Translations under genes and position numbers: made by a program
Shown here: positions 29,838 to 38,507 of the stretch, in pieces
How the letters are laid out: each line of letters begins with the position of its first letter
Position numbering within the stretch: the first letter of the stretch is position 1
Origin: Azolla caroliniana
Taxonomy: Eukaryota; Plantae; Polypodiophyta
NCBI GenBank assembly: GCA_043228905.1
Contig: JBHGNT010000014.1
Location: 20,026,001 to 20,090,000, forward strand
DNA length: 64,000 nucleotides
Direction: 5' to 3'
Notes under the pieces: generated by a model
Told to the model about the DNA's origin: nothing
Database searches by the model: none
The model's input: the letters and a program-made list of their open reading frames with translations, nothing else

Positions 29838-31960
29838 AAATCCTCTCGGTTTTCGGAACCGAGGGAATCGCGGTTACGTTCGTGGTTCGGCCTTACCGTC
29901 AGAAACTGGACCGAATGGCGCCCGTTTTGGCTTTTGACCCTCGCGTAGGCCGAACCATTGTCCAGCACTTTGGTCTCCATCCGCGCCGCCGTAATGTACG
30001 GTTCTCCCAGAATGACCGGATGCGAAGACGTCTCCTGCACGAAGAAGTGCTGGTCAATCTCGACGTCGCCAATCTTGACCCGCACATTCGGACAGGCCCC
30101 GTGCAGTTCCTCGGTGGCGCGCGTTGCTGCCCTTATTTTCCACCCGTGCTTGGTGTTGATCGGCCATTTGCCCTTCTTATAGAAGTCCATGGACATCAAA
30201 TTGATCTCCGATCCGTGGTCCACCAAAGCTATCACCGGTTCCTGGACATCGCCGATCTTCACCGGGGTTTCCGTGGTCGCTCGGGCCCAGTGTGGTCTCG
30301 AATAGTGGCTTTCCGCCCACTCGTCTCCCAGCGCCATGTCGTCTAGGTGCGTCGTCCGCACTTCCACCGGTCTTTCCGGTTCCGTCTCCGTCGACAGCCT
30401 CTTCCGTTTCACCAAGTCCACGATGGAGTCGTGGAACTCCTTCTTGGCGATCCCTAGCACCTCTCGTAACGACAGCTCCACCTTGCTGTCGAGGATCCGT
30501 TCCTCCAGGACCTTTCGTAAGTCCGTGGTCCTTTCTATCTCCGTCCCCAGACGGTACCCGCCCTTCTGGGGTTTATCTTGCGTACCGGCCCCGCCGGCTT
30601 CGTCCCGTCGTGGCCCGGACCGGGTCTCGTATCGTTGTGAGGGCCCGGTCGTCCCGGGTCTCCCCACCCGCTTCTCTTCTACCAGAGCCTCGTAGTTCTG
30701 GCAAGCAGCTTCCACGAAGCCCGTCCTTTCCTCGACCGGGTCGCTCCACCCGGTCATCTCCCGTACCCGTTTCTCCGCACGGTCTGACTCCTCCCTCTTC
30801 ATCCTCGTATCGGCAAGGCCTTCCAGCACCGTCGGCCAGAATCCGGCTTTGCTTTCCCTCCGGGCCTCGCCGCCCCCGACTCGAATGCCGGCCGACGCCG
30901 AGTAGTGGACGGTTTCCGCGTGTCGGGCTGCCGCCTCTTCCATCACCCTTTTCATACCGCCTTTTCCGTCGTTTCGGCTCAGGGCCCTTCGGGTGTCGCT
31001 GGCATGCACCCGTCCTTCCCACAGGTACACCACCCTGTTCCTCAGCGCCTCCGCGAAGTCGCCGCAGTCCTTCCGAATGTGGCCGACTTCATCGCACCAC
31101 ATGCACCTGTTTCCTGCCGTCGGCCGTCGGTCACGAGCCGGTTCGCCTCCTTCCCTTCGGGCCTGCGCGATTTGGAGGTCCTTTATCGCCTTCGTCAATT
31201 CCTCCAGCGCCGCTCCTCCGGTTGAGCCTCTGACTACGCCGGTCGAAGCCGAACCGGTTTCCAACCACTCCCGGGTCTCTTCTTTGCGCACCTGTGGCGC
31301 TGGTTCGAGCTTCCTTGCTGCGACCGAGCCCGACCCGGTCGCCCCGTTATCCGCCCATTCTCGCCGTTTGTCGAAACGGCCACAGACCTTCCTGACAGCC
31401 GCCCAGTCGGTAGTGAGCCCGTCTTCGGTTTCCAGCAAGAAGCCCACTTGCTCCCGATCCCGCTCGTCGACCGACTTGACAAACAGCAAGACCCGGCTCG
31501 TGTCCAGGATGGTTCGGTCAAGCGCCGAAAGGCGTGCAAAGTTTTCCTCGAACTCCCGGAGGAGCGCCGACGCGTTTCTTCCCTTCCCCGGGGACTCCAC
31601 CCATTCCATGAACCTTCGCTTCGAAAGCCGGAGCGCGTCGTCCAGCCCGTATTTCTCTAGGAGCCGACCTTCGAACTCCTCCCAGGTACGGCTCTCCGTC
31701 CGCACCTCGAGCACCTCCGCATGGATGCTCGGCATCGCCACTCGGGGAAATCCGGCAAGACGCCTTTCTTCCGGAATGTCCCGCATCAGCGTCTCTGCAC
31801 CGTAGGACGCCAAATACTTCGTGGCATCCTTCCCATCGAACCGGCCGATCGTGCCGACGACCGCCTCAATAGCTCTGTCGAGGGCACCGGTGCTCTCGCG
31901 CGCGTTTACAATCCGATCCACGGCCGAAGCCATGGCCTCTGCGAGATCCGACCCCCTCAT
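29834..31960 (-). CDS. gag: Gag-protease polyprotein of Ylt1-like Gypsy
   Basis: Open frame; first ATG at 31960 just after PBS; CMWCDEVGHIRKDC zinc knuckle; aspartic protease ALVDHGSEINLM ... VILGEPY. Confidence 0.92.
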   Translation of the reverse strand: MRGSDLAEAMASAVDRIVNARESTGALDRAIEAVVGTIGRFDGKDATKYLASYGAETLMRDIPEERRLAGFPRVAMPSIHAEVLEVRTESRTWEEFEGRLLEKYGLDDALRLSKRRFMEWVESPGKGRNASALLREFEENFARLSALDRTILDTSRVLLFVKSVDERDREQVGFLLETEDGLTTDWAAVRKVCGRFDKRREWADNGATGSGSVAARKLEPAPQVRKEETREWLETGSASTGVVRGSTGGAALEELTKAIKDLQIAQARREGGEPARDRRPTAGNRCMWCDEVGHIRKDCGDFAEALRNRVVYLWEGRVHASDTRRALSRNDGKGGMKRVMEEAAARHAETVHYSASAGIRVGGGEARRESKAGFWPTVLEGLADTRMKREESDRAEKRVREMTGWSDPVEERTGFVEAACQNYEALVEEKRVGRPGTTGPSQRYETRSGPRRDEAGGAGTQDKPQKGGYRLGTEIERTTDLRKVLEERILDSKVELSLREVLGIAKKEFHDSIVDLVKRKRLSTETEPERPVEVRTTHLDDMALGDEWAESHYSRPHWARATTETPVKIGDVQEPVIALVDHGSEINLMSMDFYKKGKWPINTKHGWKIRAATRATEELHGACPNVRVKIGDVEIDQHFFVQETSSHPVILGEPYITAARMETKVLDNGSAYARVKSQNGRHSVQFLTVRPNHERNRDSLGSENREDF

Positions 31961-31982
31961 CTTCTGCTCTTCCGCCGCCTCT

Positions 31983-32000
31983 TTCACGTCGGGTTCACCA
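31983..32000 (-). promoter_or_regulatory. Primer-binding site complementary to tRNA-Trp 3' end
   Basis: + strand TTCACGTCGGGTTCACCA equals the 3' 18 nt (incl. CCA) of plant cytosolic tRNA-Trp(CCA) as I recall it; 3 nt from the 5' LTR. Confidence 0.85.
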
Positions 32001-32767
32001 AGATGTCGGGGTTGCTACGCCCTTGCGTGCAGAAAGGAGGAGGGACCACGGGGGTCTTGGACCGAAGAGCAAGAGAGAGAGAGGAGAAGGAGAGAGAGAC
32101 CCGGTTACACAGAACCGAAGATTGCACAGGGACACGGCCCAACAAACAGAGATCACAAATAAACGCCGACGCAGATGGACGCAACAACGAAAGATATGTA
32201 CTTATGAATGCGGGAGAATAACAGACTAAAGTATTACAACCCACGGTGGGGCACGAAATAGATACTAACGAAAACGAACAGGGCGGCGAACAGATGCCGA
32301 CCCCTGTATGTCGCGACGCACAGAAAAGGGGAAAACAGGTCGGAGGTGCTGCAGGACGCACTCGGGGCGTTCCCCGGAACAGCGCAAGCCTCCTCGAAAC
32401 CTGCACAGGTACGCGATGGAGCAGAAGACAGAGAAAGCAGGAGTGAGAGAGGAGCTTCGAAATCGGTTCGGCAGCACTTCCTCCTCTCCGCGCGAGAGCC
32501 CCGTTCTATTCTTCCTCTTCCTTTTTATATCCCGTCAAGAGGCCGTTTGGCATTAACTGCATACCAACCGAATCTACCCACCTAGGATCCTCGTATGTAC
32601 CTACTTCGTCCTTAGGTACTTCTTGGCGCGCGCGTGCGTGTAGAGCCGTTTTCCCACGCCTTGTTCCTCCGATTCCCCTTGTGGGCGGTTTTCTTCACGA
32701 CAACGTGAAGGGCCGGTTCATGTGCGCTATTCACCGATTGCGCCAGGGGACGGTTTTCTTCACAACA

Positions 32768-33227
32768 ACGTGCACGGTCGGTTTCTTGTTGTCGAGAAAC
32801 CTCTGCAAGACGTACACGGTGGGATTGATGACGAGGGCTTTGCATTAGGCAGTGGCGGATGACATGGCTGGGGGTACCATAATAGAGGCAGGGGCCATTG
32901 TCACGTCGATGTTGCCGTTGGGCATCGGTTAATGGTTGGAACTGAGCTTGGTCGATCTCCATTGGGGTACGGTGTCGCAGTCATCCACGTTTGCATGTTG
33001 GATCTGGGCAGGACCACCAGGGTCATGGACCAAGAGGGGAGGAGTTGTCGGGTACCCGAATCCTCTGGGGCTTGCCGCGTTGCCGGTTGGTTTGATCCTG
33101 GATATTCTCTGGACGCGATCGGTAACCGCACAAGAAATGAGAGGGCGCGCCATCGTCCTTGCCGCCCCTTCCACCGATATGTACAAGGGGCCCAAAAGAG
33201 GCACGGGATATGGCACGGTTAACCGTG

Positions 33228-33275
<48 letters not shown>

Positions 33276-35539
33276 CACACTCGGTTACAACCAACACCTC
33301 TACACCGGCAACCACACACGCACCCGCTCCTAGACCCTATGCTAAACACACACACACACACACACACACCTACACACGCAACGCTCGCTGTGACGCTAGT
33401 TCCACGCGAAGAGGAAGAGGGAGCCTGCATCCTAGGGCCGGTCGGGGAGCTCTCAGGCTCGTTCGCGCAACGGGACGCTTGTGCAGGGCCCGCCTTTTCT
33501 AGAGTGACCGCCTCCTGCACCAAGCCACCTTTAGGGAGCGCACGGGCTCGCTGAAACGAGTGGGGTCTTGCGCGCCAAGGAGGGAGACCTGCCAACGAAC
33601 CACCTAGTGCACGGTCTCCGCATAAGTGACGAAAGCCAGCACTTACACACACACTCGCAGACATGTTGGACCGCAGAGTGCTGAGAGCCAATGAGCAGGA
33701 ACTTAGGGAAAGCACATACAGTTTGCACGCCGCCTGCCACAACTGAACACACCACCTATGCCCGCACACAGAAGACACTGAAACCCTAACAGAAAACAGA
33801 GACAATGCACCCCTACACAAAGATGAAGAGAAGACAAAAGTATATATATGTAAAGGGGAAGATGTAACCCCGGCTTCAAGCCGGGCTACACCCAAAAGAA
33901 GAAGAAGAACTTAACCCTAACAGAGCTTTGCCGCCATGGCTGCGACGCCCAACTTCTCCAAAAGGAGAAGGAGAAGAAGACTACCAAGAAGTTACTAACC
34001 CTAGAAAATTCTTAACAAAATGACCCTCGACCAAAATGGTATACCCTTATGACTCAAAATGGGCAACCCCTTTACAAAGGGCGCTCCCTTCCTTTTATAG
34101 AACAAGGAGAGGGATGCGTAACAATGTGGGATAAATCCCTTATTACATGGGATCCTTTGTCCCGAATTAACTACTCTCCGGCGCCATGATGGCGCCCCTA
34201 TCATTTACACGATTTGTACAAGTGTGAGTGCACATGCTCCACCCCGCCGATTCTTCTGATATTCCTCGGTTTCTCACCATGGCCCGGAATCTTCACGACA
34301 ATGGGGATCGACCTCCATCGGGGTATGAGCACTATTGGAAGAAGGTAGCCTTTGTGTGCTTGGCGAAACTGATATATATGGCCGTGTGAGTGGAGCATTG
34401 CGAGAGGAAGATGGAAAACCTCGAGTCCCCCGTTCCTCTTGTCGAAGCTCAAAAAGACAATTATCACATTGAACGGTTTGGGAGATTACCTGGGACAATG
34501 ATGTGGGTTCCAAAAAGTTTAAGAGAAGAGTCTTGATATCATTTCGGAGGCCTCGACGAAACTGGTCGCATAAAGCTTGCTCATCCCAGCTGACATCGCA
34601 TGCGATCTGACGAAACTCTGAAGCATAAACGAAAGCTGAACGTGAGCCTTATTGTAAGAATAGAGTTTCGTGAGTGCCGTTCGTCGCTGATTTGTCTCTC
34701 CGAATGTGGCTTCAAGCTCCGCAAGGAAGGCAGAAAAGTTGTCTAGGAGGGGTGATGAGGTCTCGATCAATGGTGCAAACCACGCTTGTGCCGGCCCAGA
34801 GAGAAGGCTGCCAACGAGGCCGACCCAAGAGAAATCACTAGCATAACATTGGGGTTGTAAGCGGATGATAAGCCGAATTTGATTGATGAAGCCACTAAGA
34901 TGTGCCCTCGGGCCGTTGAATTTGTCAGGTAGGCTGACGTTAGGTTCGAGGACATATGAATGGGAAGAGGAAGGGGTTGGGTTAGATGCTGACGGAAGGT
35001 GAGGCTCAACGGGTGAAGGATTGCTGGATGTGCTATTTTGAAGCTCTCACAATGACTGACGAAGGCTTTCATTTTCTTGAAGTTGCTCCAAGGCTGCCAT
35101 TACTTGGTTTAAGGCCGAGTCGGACATGGTAACAAGAAGAGAAGGTGAACAAACTGTCACGGAAGTAGACGAGGGCAAGGACAAGTAGGCGAGCTCAATA
35201 TTAAGAAAGAGAGAAAGATAGATATATAGATAGAGAGGAGCATAGACAAGAGAACAAGAGAGAGAGAGAGGGTAGACAAAAGAGCGAGAACTAAATTATG
35301 CTTCTGTAACTGGTGTTGTTCACCTTGATTGTAATCAAGGTGCACCAAAGTATTTATACAAGAATGTGGTGGTATGCATGTAAGCTAGGAAACATCTAGA
35401 GAATGCATGGAAACTTCTAGAGAGTGCATGGAAACTTCTAGAGAGTGCATGTCTATGCATTCTCTAGAAGTTTCTTGAAAGTTCTAGTGATTAACTTACA
35501 ATGCAATAGGTTGAAACTTATACAATACAATAATGCATA
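32768..35539 (-). mobile_element. Decayed Tcn1/Tf1-type Gypsy (partial 5' LTR 35155-~35539 and gag pseudogene), interrupted by a solo LTR and truncated on both sides
   Basis: gag from ATG 35127: PDKFNG..GFINQIRL..GSLLSGPAQAWF..ASEFR..QFRRGLR, then TPMEVDP|RTPMEID..LTDAQRQHRRDNGPCLYYG..H..C; LTR boundary TGTCAC at 35155; TATAAATA on - strand at 35351-35358. Confidence 0.85.
32973..34300 (-). mobile_element. Probable solo LTR (1328 bp) of a third Ylt1-like family
   Basis: TGTCG...CTTCACGACA termini; 4-bp flanks ACGG / ATGG (one CpG transition); removal restores host gag frame; TATA-like CTATAAAAGG on - strand near 34095; contains (CA)n at 33230-33272. Confidence 0.72.
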
Positions 35540-35614
35540 GATGGAATGTAGCTCAATTGGTAAGGTTGCCCAATAAGACTAAGAGGTCATGGGTTCAACC
35601 CCCTACATTCCATC
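35540..35614 (+). other. tRNA-like element (Pol III A and B boxes) at the 5' end of the L1
   Basis: A box TAGCTCAATTGG, B box GGTTCAACCCC, perfect 12-bp terminal stem GATGGAATGTAG/CTACATTCCATC; anticodon arm does not pair, so not a functional tRNA. Confidence 0.75.
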
Positions 35615-38507
35615 GTGTCTATGACAATCGTGGATCGATATCACATCAAGAATAATGGATATAAACATTAATTCCTCACAAATTGTGGGGGACATCGATA
35701 TGGGAATCATTGATTCAATAAAGAGTAATGTGATGGTTGAATGCAATCGTGAAAGGGAAGAATTTAGAAGTTCTAGGAGGTTTAAGGGTTTTGAAGAAGT
35801 TAATGAGAAGAAATTAACATATGTTAAGGCAATACATGTAGATGAAGTTGACAAGGATCGTCGTAATTGGGATAGTTTATGGGGAATTGCCAATACCTTG
35901 TTGTCTGATTTTGTGGAAGAAAATAAAAATGCAACAAAAGAATGCATCAATGAGGATGTGCATGATGTGGAAGTTGATGCTAAGGCAATGTTGCAATCTT
36001 TTGATGTATTCTATGATTGTGCGGTTATATTATTTTTTACCGGGAAACTCCCATATATAAATTGGATTAAACAATGGTTGAACACAATTCTATCACCGAG
36101 TTGTGTTGAGGATATATTTGCAAGACCACAAAGGTTTTATGGTAGTATTTAGTTCCCCTGAACATCAAAGTGCATTGTTGGCTATAGTTCCAGTGTTTTT
36201 TGATAAACGATTAGTGCATGTAATGCAATGGTCCCCCGTAGTGGACTATCATGCTTTGTTTTGGATGTGGTGAATAGGGTCACTTTATGGCGGAATGCTA
36301 ACGGCATTGTCCTTGAACTTTAGAGGTTCCTAATGAAGGGAATGGCAAGGAAGTATTGGGGAGAGATGTTGGTGTGTTAGATATTGAAGTTGTTAAGGAC
36401 GAAGGAATATCATCTACAGTAGGTTATAAAGAGGTCTCACCTCAAGGTTTGGGCCCTAAGAATAAGGGAACTCAATCTATGGATATGAAAAAACAAAGTT
36501 TAGTGTTTATAGATAAGGGGGAAAAACCGTTGGATAGAACTAGTGATGTTGTTGATAAAGATTGGCATCAAGTTAAGGGCAAGTCAAAGGGGAAATCAAT
36601 GAATATTCAATGTAATAGTTTGCCCACTACTCGTGAGACTACGTGGCAAGGTAATTCAGGAACTAGGGAGGGTCCTCAAAAAGCTCCTTGGCAACGACAA
36701 TTTACGGATAAGGGATTTACCCCTTCACCTTCAATTTGATTCATTGGGACGGTTGTAAATTCATCAAATTCTCGAGGTTTTCATCAAGTAGGAGGACCTA
36801 AACAAAAGATTTCGATAGACAACCCTAAGGATGTGGTGCATGAAAATCCATACGCAACATTGGAACATGCTTTCACTAGTTTCATCACATCGGTTGCTCT
36901 AAAGGAGCAAGTGCACCCATAACATTGTTGATTGAATGAAAGTGGTAAAATGGAATGTGAGATGGGCATGTTCTCCTCATAAGAAGTATATATTATGGGA
37001 AACTTTGTTAAGTAAAGAATGGGATGTATTATGTGCAGTTGAGCATAAGTGTCATGAGTTAGCAGGATCCTTAGTTCATTTGTGTAGATATTCATCATTC
37101 TATGACATCTTAATAATCATTATTCAGGTGTGGTATTAATCATGTAGGATAAATATTATCCTCAAGTGGTGCACATTGATCCTTATGGTCAGTTTTTGGT
37201 TCTAGAAATCACTTTTTTGGGCGAGGTTGTGTGGGTGGTTGGGATTTATGCCCCTAACCAAGCCACTCAACGTATTGCATTATGGGGCTCACTCCATCAA
37301 ACCCTATGTGTGGGCTGTCCAGGATTACTTATGGGTTATTTTAACATGTCTGTTCATGCATCTCAATCTACGTCTAAACATTCAATCATAAATGATCTTG
37401 AGCAACTTGTTTGGGATTCATTGGTTATGGAGGTTCTGAAATAAGATGTTTGGACATGGTTGTGTGGGAATAATCCAGGTTTTACCTTCCAATCCGCTCA
37501 ACATAGACAAACATGGAGTCGGTTAGATAGAATTTATGTGATCACGATGATTCTTTTTTATCGACATCACTTTGTATGACAGTTCTACAAGATGTAGGAA
37601 CACAACAAGTGAATCTTAAAAGAGTTAAAGCATGGGATATCACATTATGAAACATTAAGATAATTCATCGTATGTGTGGAGTAACTAATGCTCAACGAAG
37701 AAGAGGTCTTCTTCGACAATTCTCACAAGTTCTGTCCAGGTGTAATGCATTATTGATACATGCACCATTAGGTGATGAGCTTTTGGATATCAGAGTCAAT
37801 TGCATGTTATTATTTCTCAGTTGCAATGCCAAAGTTATCGTTATGCTAAGATGTGACAAGTTAGGGATGAGCTCATAGATAATCAATGCCAATCTCATTT
37901 GTTATTTTTTTCCAAAAAAATATTCTTCAGTAGTAGAAATTCTACAAACATGACGAAATGATTAGTTTGACAACATTATAAAAGTTGTAGCCATGACAAG
38001 TCAATAAGAGAGCTCAAAGACTCAGAGTGGACAACTTGTTATTCTCTGACCGGACAAGGCCTAACACAAGGTGTCACGGAGACACTTCACCAAAGGGTGA
38101 TTACGGCATAGGATTAAGACTCAACGATTACACCGACTTACGTAGGTTACACGATTAAAGCGCTTTTGTTAATTACACGCGTAAGATATAACAGTAAGTA
38201 CAGAACGGAAATCAACACAGAAGTATAAACACCATACGCTCTATTAATTATCCGCTGCGATTACAATGGGGTCCGGGCCTTTAAATAGGTTTCCGGCCCG
38301 TAGTACAAAACGGTGCCTATCGCACCTATTCGGGATCCGTCCGGATCTGGAACGACATACCGTTTCCAGTCCGTCCGTCCACACTATGCTTATTTACAAC
38401 CATACTTAATTAATTTCTTCACTCCGTATTTTGGACTCCTTGCCGGCCGGTAACACATGGCACGCCCGTGGGACAGTACCTTGTACGTCGAACCCTTCTC
38501 GGCCCCT

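Larger units (their letters stand above)
25587..32702 (-). mobile_element. Young full-length Ty3/Gypsy LTR retrotransposon, Ylt1-like
   Basis: Near-identical LTRs 25587-26273 and 32004-32702 (one substitution seen plus a 12-bp terminal deletion), TGTCG...CGACA termini, 4-bp TSD ACGT (25583-25586, 32703-32706), PBS at 31983-32000, PPT-like GGTGGGGGCGGA at 26274-26285, uninterrupted gag-pro and pol. Confidence 0.96.
25265..32767 (-). mobile_element. Solo LTR (~385 bp; 25265-25586 + 32707-32767) of a sister family, split by the full-length Gypsy
   Basis: Starts TGTCGGAGTT, ends CGGTTTTCTTCACAACA (same terminus as the nested element); 25280-25530 aligns by eye with 25900-26170 of the nested LTR; flanks differ (CGGC vs ACGT). 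Confidence 0.75.

Noticed and set aside
26500-32221. Many long antisense/alternate-frame ORFs over the first Gypsy
   Set aside because: Expected shadows of GC-rich coding sequence; no independent motifs.
25587-32702. Bacterial/fungal contamination suggested by high GC
   Set aside because: GC-rich blocks are bounded exactly by LTR termini and TSDs within plant DNA.
35540-35614. Functional tRNA gene
   Set aside because: Anticodon and D arms do not pair and no poly-T terminator follows; kept only as tRNA-like element.
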